Shown here: positions 54,276-60,984 of the stretch, one piece after another
How the letters are laid out: each line of letters begins with the position of its first letter
Position numbering within the stretch: position 1 is the first letter of the stretch
Source of the DNA: a virus
Lineage: Duplodnaviria > Caudoviricetes
Direction: 5' to 3' (one strand)
Virus record (IMG/VR): IMGVR_UViG_3300046382_000038
Coordinates: 1 to 60,984 of that record
Length of the DNA stretch: 60,984 nucleotides
Made by a program: the position numbers and the translations under genes
Notes under the pieces: generated by a model
What the model was told of the DNA's origin: nothing
Databases searched by the model: none
The model's input: only the letters and a program-made list of their open reading frames with translations

Positions 54276-56513
54276 CTATTGCCACTGGGGATCGCGGGTA
54301 GTGCCGTCCTTGCCTTCGACTTCTTCTGGCTTCCTATTTAGGGTAAAGTAGACGACATCAGTTTCACCCGGTTCGATTTCTCCTTCGAACTGACCCAGGT
54401 TGCTTTCGACCTTAATTAGCCTTCCCCGTGTGTCCCGTGTCCAGGTGATAACGCCAGCAGAGGCGTGGCGTATGGCCTCGCCTTCATCTTCTTCGAAAAC
54501 GATTTCCTGACGGATCAGGACATGGCGCATAAAGGTCTTGGTGAGTTCGACTGCCGTTTCTACAACATTTGAGAGAAGAACGTTGAAGCCCCGATGAACG
54601 CCAATTTCGACTTCCTGATTGACCCCAAGTCTCTTGTTGACCTGGGTTTCAAGTGAACTCGTAACGTTCTGAACTACCCCTACGGCCACATGGAATAGCT
54701 CAAGGTAGCGACTACTCATAGAGACAGATTGCGGCTGGGTTAGAGATATCGTTGGGGGATGAACCTGCTTTATGGGTTTAGCTATAACTTCCTGAACTAT
54801 AGAGATGGACTTCGGGAGGAACATCTGCACTTTCGGAACTATCGGTACAACTACCCGCACGACCTTCTGGGTGAATTTTTTGAATTCGACATTAACGGAC
54901 TGCGTAAGGGCTATGGCAATTAGCTGCACCTGCTGGGGCTGTTTAACGAACGGGAGGACTTCTTGGAGTACGTTTTTAGCCCTCAAGGAGATGGCCTTAA
55001 GAACACCGGGAGAGACGTTCTGGATGACTTCCCGATGAAGGCCGAGATCTTTTTTAGTAATAGTCGAAACTTGGGCCTGGGTAAAACTTAGGCTGGAGCG
55101 CGAAGCTACCTGAAGTTTGGACAGAACACTTTGGACGTTGGCTATTGAATGAGAAATTCTCTTTTCCAGACCAGCGACCTGTGCCTGGGAAGCACTAATG
55201 CTTCGGCTAACCAGGATCACTCCCCGTTGAGGGGATGCTTCCACTAAGAGATTGGAGAGTCGGGAGCCTACCTGCTTGAGACTTGCTACTACCTGGCTCT
55301 GCGTAAATTCTAGAGGAAGTTTTGTTATTCCCTTAACGACTTTGGAGGTCTGCGCCTGGGTTAAGCTCTTGGCCAAATTAGCCTGCTTTGGCAACGAGAT
55401 CGCTTGGGCCTGAGCAATTGCGAGAGATCGTTCGAAGGTCTGGTGGATGGAACGAAAGAGAATGTTTACATTTGATTCATTGGTTTTGGTTTCATTTGCA
55501 GAATCAAGGCCGTTTGGAAGGTACCATTCGCCTCCCGTTACTTCAATATCCCGAACGTCAATCCATAGTGCCTGTTCGATGGTTTCTTTTAGTTTAAGTT
55601 TGGATTTTTTCCCCGAGACATCCGTTTCGAGTCGATTGGGTTTTTCCGCAGTACCGTCCCCAGAGACGCTGCCCGTTACGTTAAGCGTGTTTCCTTGGGC
55701 GATATGAAGCCCCTTTTTGGCAGCGGCGCCTTTGTTGTTGATCTTCAATTCATTAACTACAGCGATGTGCCCTTCGTTTGAAGCGGTCTGGGGCTGAATT
55801 CGTGTCGCCACGGGGCCAATCGCAGCGATTGCTTTAAGTTCCCCGCAGCCGTTAAGTTCAATCAGACGTTCGAGTTCGCTTGATTCCGTGCCTTCGACTT
55901 CGAGCGTCAGCGTCGTGTTGTTTGTAACCGTGCTCGGGAGTTTGAGCGCGATGTCGGAACCGGGTACCCCGGTTGTCTTAATCGTGCCTTCTTTGCCGTC
56001 GAGGGTACCCGCCGACCCGGTGAAATGATGGCACGTCAACTTCTTGGCGTTCAGTTCTAATGTAGTTGAGCTACTGCTTAGTTCAAAACCTTCGGAATGG
56101 GTACAAGTAAAGTCTTCAAGAAGCTGAATTTTCCCGATACCCGATTCGATGAGGACACGACCAGTGATCGTGTGTCCACCCGTTGAGAGAGTCTGAGCGG
56201 GCGTTGCAAAGTTATTCAAGATCCCGATGTTGCCGCTAAATGCGAAGGTGGCACCCGAAGCAATCCACAGCAGGATGTTTTCGTGGACGCCGTTGTTGCC
56301 CGCTGCGGCGCCACCCAGTAACATTGCTTCGGTACCGGATAGCGTGCCCCCCGACTGCACTTCCATGCTGTTAAGCCGAGTCGTCGGGATGTTCATCGTG
56401 ATGTTGATTCCCGAAGGGACGATTAGGTTATCGCCTGCTTTTGGTACGGCTTCTGGGGTCCAGTTTTTGGAGTTACTGGCATTCCCCGTGGTTTTTGCCG
56501 TTCTAGTAGCCAT
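54276..56513 (-). CDS. Virion fibre/surface protein
   Basis: Beta-helix-like N-terminal half; about 19-aa S-[LI]-x-x-x-Q-x-[QV] repeats in the C-terminal half. Confidence 0.55.
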   Translation of the reverse strand: MATRTAKTTGNASNSKNWTPEAVPKAGDNLIVPSGINITMNIPTTRLNSMEVQSGGTLSGTEAMLLGGAAAGNNGVHENILLWIASGATFAFSGNIGILNNFATPAQTLSTGGHTITGRVLIESGIGKIQLLEDFTCTHSEGFELSSSSTTLELNAKKLTCHHFTGSAGTLDGKEGTIKTTGVPGSDIALKLPSTVTNNTTLTLEVEGTESSELERLIELNGCGELKAIAAIGPVATRIQPQTASNEGHIAVVNELKINNKGAAAKKGLHIAQGNTLNVTGSVSGDGTAEKPNRLETDVSGKKSKLKLKETIEQALWIDVRDIEVTGGEWYLPNGLDSANETKTNESNVNILFRSIHQTFERSLAIAQAQAISLPKQANLAKSLTQAQTSKVVKGITKLPLEFTQSQVVASLKQVGSRLSNLLVEASPQRGVILVSRSISASQAQVAGLEKRISHSIANVQSVLSKLQVASRSSLSFTQAQVSTITKKDLGLHREVIQNVSPGVLKAISLRAKNVLQEVLPFVKQPQQVQLIAIALTQSVNVEFKKFTQKVVRVVVPIVPKVQMFLPKSISIVQEVIAKPIKQVHPPTISLTQPQSVSMSSRYLELFHVAVGVVQNVTSSLETQVNKRLGVNQEVEIGVHRGFNVLLSNVVETAVELTKTFMRHVLIRQEIVFEEDEGEAIRHASAGVITWTRDTRGRLIKVESNLGQFEGEIEPGETDVVYFTLNRKPEEVEGKDGTTRDPQWQ

Positions 56514-56554
56514 ACTACTCTTTATCCCCCAGGAAGGGGGAGATGGCTAAAGGC

Positions 56555-57208
56555 TTAGGAAAATTGAATGGTCCAGGTCCATTGGATGGAATCCCCCGAA
56601 TTAAGGGAGACTACTGCGAGATCCGAATGGGTGAACAAGGAGGCCCCTGTGGTGGGGGCTGTGGTTCCGGTCGAGAATGGACCGGGGATATTTCCTAGCG
56701 TTACAACGTCGGCAGCGGCGAGGGCTGAGGAGGCTGTTGAGCCATTCTGTCCTCGCTGGACGGTAAGGTTTTTGGTACCTTCTCCAGATTCGACTTTAAG
56801 AACCTCTCCTCGAATCTGAATGTAAGTTTTGTTAACCGGGGTGTAGTTGGCGGCTACTTTAAGTTCTGTTGAGGAGTTAGAACCGATAACTCCGGAGCCA
56901 GCTTCGACCGTGGTCGAGAAGGGCTTGGTGGTCGAGTTGGTAAGAGCTACCTCGCGGATTTTGCGTTCGGCTGAAGCAGTCTGGGTTCCAATTACCTGAT
57001 AGGTGTCATTGACGAAGGTAGTGGTCGTGAAGGAGGAGGTACCCGCAACGCGGCTCTCGGCAGACTCTGAGAAGAGAGCGATATCGGTGTTGGTAGCCGT
57101 AAGTTCGGCCGGGTTTAGCCCCCAAGCAACCACGTTGGGCTCAGTGGATTCTCCCTTGATGCGGTTGGAGATAATACTTTTACCTGTACGGGTAAGGACG
57201 TTGGCCAT
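56555..57208 (-). CDS. Virion structural protein (fibre base-like)
   Basis: VLTRTGK...VAWG...TDIAL...RV...IREVAL...SIQWTWTI. Confidence 0.55.
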   Translation of the reverse strand: MANVLTRTGKSIISNRIKGESTEPNVVAWGLNPAELTATNTDIALFSESAESRVAGTSSFTTTTFVNDTYQVIGTQTASAERKIREVALTNSTTKPFSTTVEAGSGVIGSNSSTELKVAANYTPVNKTYIQIRGEVLKVESGEGTKNLTVQRGQNGSTASSALAAADVVTLGNIPGPFSTGTTAPTTGASLFTHSDLAVVSLNSGDSIQWTWTIQFS

Positions 57209-57394
57209 TTAGACGCTCCTGAGATACCTTTGATAAAGACTGGGATTAATGATGTGGATTGCGTCTAACAGCTTTGACTGCTTGCGTGGATTCGACTGAT
57301 ACTCAGCGACCTTGCCAAGATCCTCTACGGTGCCATCGGCACGAATGACCTTGGCCTCAAGGGTAATGCTCTTAATGTCCTGTTTGACATCCAT
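57209..57394 (-). CDS. Small virion protein
   Basis: LEAKVIRADGTVEDLG; ATG 57394 fits the late motif. Confidence 0.55.
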   Translation of the reverse strand: MDVKQDIKSITLEAKVIRADGTVEDLGKVAEYQSNPRKQSKLLDAIHIINPSLYQRYLRSV

Positions 57395-57423
57395 CAATTC
57401 TTATTTTGGGGAAACTTAGGCTT

Positions 57424-57789
57424 TTAGAGGGTCATTAGCGTAAGTCTTCCTGCTAACAGCGGCGGTTCTTCTTTTGCTATTGGATCAAAGACGACTAACT
57501 CGAAGGTTGCTTGCTTCCAAGGAATGGTTTCTACCAGTTCTCTCTTGAGGATTAAGTCAACAAATCCGGTCGAGCCATTTAGGAAAACTCCATTCAGGGC
57601 TTCGCTGGGAAAGATAAAGGTACGCCAAGGGGTTTCTTCTTCAATTGGCGTGACGGTCCAACGGGCCGTCCATTCAGAGAGATCTTGGACCGTGAGAGTT
57701 TGGCCCACTTTGACCTTCCACTGAAAGCGGTAATGGAAGTCGGCTCCTTGCCAGACCTTTAGGTACTTCCTTGCCGGGATGTAGCTCAT
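57424..57789 (-). CDS. BppU-N-like Ig-fold virion protein
   Basis: VWQGADFHYRF...DLSEWTA...LLAGRL. Confidence 0.55.
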   Translation of the reverse strand: MSYIPARKYLKVWQGADFHYRFQWKVKVGQTLTVQDLSEWTARWTVTPIEEETPWRTFIFPSEALNGVFLNGSTGFVDLILKRELVETIPWKQATFELVVFDPIAKEEPPLLAGRLTLMTL

Positions 57790-57808
57790 ATCGCCTATTA
57801 ACTAGACG

Positions 57809-58279
57809 CTATGAACCTATAGTTGGTACTCCAGGCTCATCGTTGGAGATCTGTACCTCGTGGTGGCGCTGCTCGTCATCGGGTTCGGTTCTCATAGGCT
57901 CCGTGTTCCAAAAATTAGTGGAAGGTGTAGATTGAGCCCCCAGGGCTTCCTCCGCCTCGTGTTGTCCTGCCATAGGGGGAATAAACCAATCAATGGTAGA
58001 GTCGGAGTTTAAACGACCCATTGGTTGCTCCTCTAGGTGGGGATGGCTTTCAATAAGATGCCAGTGACTCCCTCCCTCTGGGCCAATCGTCACCGTGTTC
58101 TCCTCGGGATCATAAACAAAGGGTCTGCCGGGTTCATGCTTAGGGTCTGCGGGGAGATGATTTTCCTCAACTACTTGGGCGGCCCCAAGATGCCAATCCA
58201 GTTGGGGTTGGTTCTTACCAAAGCCGCAATAGCAGACTTCGCCTCTAGCGTTTAAATGGGGATGTCCTAGATTTGCCAT
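57809..58279 (-). CDS. Hypothetical late protein
   Basis: 156 aa. Confidence 0.5.
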   Translation of the reverse strand: MANLGHPHLNARGEVCYCGFGKNQPQLDWHLGAAQVVEENHLPADPKHEPGRPFVYDPEENTVTIGPEGGSHWHLIESHPHLEEQPMGRLNSDSTIDWFIPPMAGQHEAEEALGAQSTPSTNFWNTEPMRTEPDDEQRHHEVQISNDEPGVPTIGS

Positions 58280-60300
58280 GAGAATGTCGTTTTAGGAAGC
58301 GGTAGGTTGACGTAACCTTGGCCCTCACGATAGTGATCGTTTAGATGTTGATATAGAGCGTTCATGCGCTGGGTGGACTCATGGTTTTCCGCAAGCTCAT
58401 CCCTCGCCTCCTGCTCGCGCTGGAACCAGTCATCCTGCTCTGCCGAAAGAGCGTCATTATAGTCAGGACTAGTGGGGTCTAATCCGTAATGCTCTTGAAT
58501 TTCCTCTGGCTCCATAAATTCAGGATTAGGCCCAGTGTAACTATGGAGCCAATCGTGATTCATCTCTTCAAGACTATCAAAATCCTCCATAGCTTTATTA
58601 TGGGCATATTCAGCCTCATTTGCTAATTGAGGAATTTCGTTCCTCGCCCTGGCTAGTTCGTAAACCTTTTGCATTTCATCATGGGGGGATTCGTGACGGC
58701 CCCATTCCGAGTGCTGATTGCCCTGAAGCATTTTCTCCCAATCAACCTCATGTTCCGCAGGCGGTTTCCTAAGACCATACTCATCGAGCCCCTTTTCATC
58801 AGGTAGTGCAAGATGATGGGGCTCGATCTCTTTTGGTTCTGTTAAGTACTCACCGCCATCTTCGAACCAACGTTTTTCTCCCCATTGGGGCCGAGTATCC
58901 TCGGGGAAGGTATTAAACCATTCTCGCATACGCTGCTTATACTCATCCTTTGGCTCTGAGTTTCCCCGACCCTGGAGTTCTCTTACCTCTCCATGCTCAG
59001 GGATAACTTCATGGGACTCAAAGGGACCTTCTAGGAAATCCTTTTTGTGTCGATGGCCCGATTCATCCATAACATAATGGGGCTGGATCTCGGTGGTGAC
59101 GTGGGAAACGCCTGCGGGGTCACGTAGCGAATAGATGGAGGTACTGCCGTTCCGCACCTCATCGCCATAATTACCCACACAATGGCCCATTACATCTCCC
59201 TCGTCGCGAAGCTCTTCGGGCGTATGTAGACGCTTAATGGTCCACCCATCTGGCCATTGATGAACGGTCTCCCCTGAGATTGCCCGCTTTTCAGCCCGCT
59301 TACGCTCAGCCTCCTCCTCCATAGCTTTATCCCAGTCGCGAATACGCTGTTTAAACGCGGGAACCTGATGCTGCATGATGTCGCCCATTTCGCGCTTAAG
59401 GGGATGATTTGAATTTAGGAAATCCCCCATGTGGTTTATATCCCTTACGCTGAAATCAGGATATACAAAGTGTTGATTAGCGTCTTCTCCTTTTTCGGCA
59501 TAAGTTCTTTCTACATTTGGAATGGCCTCTCTATATTCCCCTGGATGGCGCTCACTTTCTTCCATAAATTGAATAACCGGAATCTGCCATGAAAGTTCGG
59601 GGGTAGCGAAACGCTCATTTTCAAGCCGTAAAGGGTCACGGGAAGGTTTTGTCCTAATCCTCCCCTTCTTCCACTCACGGGTTAGCCAAGGCATCAAGGC
59701 ATCTGTTTTCTCGTTGTGATATCTTAATTTCAAAGCATTAAGAAATTCCTGAGCCTCAGGGGTCTGAAGATCAGGCCGACTCTTAGGATTCATGAGGAAA
59801 TCATGAAGCTTGTCCGCTGTCTTAGTTGATCCCCAGCGCATCCTGCCGGGGTTAAATGCAGGATGGTCCCAACCTGATGGAAATTCTCCCCAGCCTGGAA
59901 GTTTTTCGGCCAAGCCCTCGGGCATCGGCGTCCAATCCATTTGCGTCTCTGCTAGATCGTCCAGCCTCGGCTGGTCGTATACCTTGCGGTTAAAGATATT
60001 GGGAGAGCCCTCGCCTCTTTGCCCATTAAGGACGATTTGTTGGGCCATTTCCATGGCTTGTTTGGCTTCTTGGGTCGTAGGGTGCTGATAGCCGTTAGCT
60101 TCGTAAATGCCAATCATTACGCTCATCCACGAATCCTTATTGAGCGTGCCCTGTTCGATCTCTTTTGCCAGTTCCCGAGCAGCAGCAGCTACCATATCGA
60201 AATTCTTGTTTGGCTTTACGTCATAGTCTGGCTCAGTGTGCCATGGACCTATGTCGGCTATCTTCGAGACGGAGAAGCGCTTATACGAATACTTTGCCAT
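58267..60300 (-). CDS. PcfJ-like domain multidomain late protein
   Basis: ELRDEGDVMGHCVGNY...IYSLRD...VTTEI...ELQGRGN. Confidence 0.7.
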   Translation of the reverse strand: MAKYSYKRFSVSKIADIGPWHTEPDYDVKPNKNFDMVAAAARELAKEIEQGTLNKDSWMSVMIGIYEANGYQHPTTQEAKQAMEMAQQIVLNGQRGEGSPNIFNRKVYDQPRLDDLAETQMDWTPMPEGLAEKLPGWGEFPSGWDHPAFNPGRMRWGSTKTADKLHDFLMNPKSRPDLQTPEAQEFLNALKLRYHNEKTDALMPWLTREWKKGRIRTKPSRDPLRLENERFATPELSWQIPVIQFMEESERHPGEYREAIPNVERTYAEKGEDANQHFVYPDFSVRDINHMGDFLNSNHPLKREMGDIMQHQVPAFKQRIRDWDKAMEEEAERKRAEKRAISGETVHQWPDGWTIKRLHTPEELRDEGDVMGHCVGNYGDEVRNGSTSIYSLRDPAGVSHVTTEIQPHYVMDESGHRHKKDFLEGPFESHEVIPEHGEVRELQGRGNSEPKDEYKQRMREWFNTFPEDTRPQWGEKRWFEDGGEYLTEPKEIEPHHLALPDEKGLDEYGLRKPPAEHEVDWEKMLQGNQHSEWGRHESPHDEMQKVYELARARNEIPQLANEAEYAHNKAMEDFDSLEEMNHDWLHSYTGPNPEFMEPEEIQEHYGLDPTSPDYNDALSAEQDDWFQREQEARDELAENHESTQRMNALYQHLNDHYREGQGYVNLPLPKTTFSWQI

Positions 60301-60327
60301 CTCTGATTAGGGGCCAGCTAGGGCCTC

Positions 60328-60356
60328 TTGACAAGGGCTTGGGGCGCTGTTAGCAT
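60328..60356 (+). promoter_or_regulatory. SigA-type promoter TTGACA-17-TAGCAT with extended -10
   Basis: Followed by AAGGAG and GTG 60397. Confidence 0.75.
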
Positions 60357-60396
60357 GCTTGGCACTACTACTGCTGTCCTCAGCTAAGGAGCTAAG

Positions 60397-60552
60397 GTGC
60401 TTAAAACAATTGGACTTGCCGTACTGGCCTTCATGGTCGCCCTCACGGCTCTGCATTTCATTGCGGGCCTCGTGGTTAGCGTCGTGGCCTTCCTCCTCCC
60501 CATCCTGGCTATTGCCCTAGTGGGGTTCGGCCTCTATAAGTTCGTCCTATGA
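60397..60552 (+). CDS. 51-aa two-TM membrane protein (below ORF-track cutoff)
   Basis: MLKTIGLAVLAF...GLYKFVL; ATGA coupling. Confidence 0.6.
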   Translation: MLKTIGLAVLAFMVALTALHFIAGLVVSVVAFLLPILAIALVGFGLYKFVL

Positions 60553-60902
60553 CAACCAAGGAGGCTCGTAAAAAGTGGGTTGCCGCCCTACGGAGCGGCA
60601 AGTTTAAACAGGGCCGTTATACCCTGAGGAGGTTTGACAGCTACTGCTGCCTGGGAGTAGCCTGTGAAATCTACCAGGATGAGGTCGGGGATCTTGATCT
60701 CAACAAAGACCACACCGGACGCTGGCAGTATAACGAGAAGATATCAGATCTACCAGCGAAAGTTCAACACTGGCTAGGACTAGCGAACTCCTCGGGCGGT
60801 TATCGTGGAAGTTCGCTCACAAGACTCAATGACAACATGCATTCCTTCGAGGAGATTGCTGACCTCATCGAGTCCGAACCGGAGGGATTGGTAAATGACT
60901 GA
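60549..60902 (+). CDS. Phage protein (WVAALRSG...CCLGV type)
   Basis: 117 aa. Confidence 0.65.
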   Translation: MTTKEARKKWVAALRSGKFKQGRYTLRRFDSYCCLGVACEIYQDEVGDLDLNKDHTGRWQYNEKISDLPAKVQHWLGLANSSGGYRGSSLTRLNDNMHSFEEIADLIESEPEGLVND

Positions 60903-60984
60903 GCACCCACTGCAACGATGGGTAGCCGCTCTTCGGAGCGGCAAGTACAAACAGGCCCGTGAAAAACTCCGTCTAGTGGACGAC
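60895..60984 (+). CDS. Partial paralog of the preceding gene
   Basis: MTEHPLQRWVAALRSGKYKQARE; runs off the window. Confidence 0.6.
   Translation, partial: MTEHPLQRWVAALRSGKYKQAREKLRLVDD

Larger units (their letters stand above)
6664..60309 (-). promoter_or_regulatory. Dispersed candidate late-promoter motif TAA-N5-G|A at minus-strand gene starts
   Basis: Instances at 6667-75, 8156-64, 9724-32, 23820-28, 25507-15, 32268-76, 34516-24, 38751-59, 39142-50, 57395-403, 57792-800, 60301-09. Confidence 0.7.
3614..60609. repeat. Dispersed palindrome GTTTAAAC(G), 13 copies
   Basis: Starts at 3614, 18101, 23383, 29184, 36597, 40195, 49032, 49217, 49678, 52688, 58007, 59349, 60602. Confidence 0.8.

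Noticed and set aside
9733-56541. N4-like hairpin promoters: short hairpins next to some late-gene starts (9733-9747, 33458-33480, 56525-56541)
   Set aside because: Absent at most instances, and no shared loop sequence
1-60984. Stop-codon (TAG) recoding
   Set aside because: Recognisable genes are uninterrupted in the standard code, and TAG ends genes at sensible positions
1-60984. CRISPR array, integrase/att site, intron or intein
   Set aside because: No spaced direct repeats, recombinase motifs, split genes or intein termini seen

Overview
The window is a 61-kb piece of a large lytic myovirus, most likely an actinobacterial phage organised like the Bxz1/E3 types (inference from leaderless SigA-type promoters, ThyX and an actinobacterial-style NadR). 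Virion genes lie on the minus strand: baseplate, tape measure, frameshifted tail chaperone, tube, sheath, a 1789-aa fibre, neck, major capsid, decoration, protease/scaffold and probable head-cargo proteins. Four plus-strand accessory blocks interrupt them. These carry HNH, a phosphoesterase, pnuC-nadR, a peptidase and RlpA-like module, a ParB-like protein, an altered PncA, dcd, a UvrD-like helicase, an HD alarmone-hydrolase-like protein, a permuted NlpC/P60, thyX, a SprT-like protein and an 805-aa multidomain protein with an Ogg2-like glycosylase domain. The main unexplained signals are: (1) a precisely spaced TAA-N5-G|A motif at minus-strand gene starts, a candidate leaderless late promoter; (2) 13 dispersed GTTTAAAC(G) sites with strand polarity; (3) [KRH]-x-A motifs between domains of head proteins; (4) a set of genes that may manipulate NAD+, (p)ppGpp and c-di-GMP; (5) an RlpA-like gene that appears to start at ATC. 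I saw no tRNA, CRISPR array, integrase, portal or terminase. All functional calls come from motif recognition by eye; no database searches were run.
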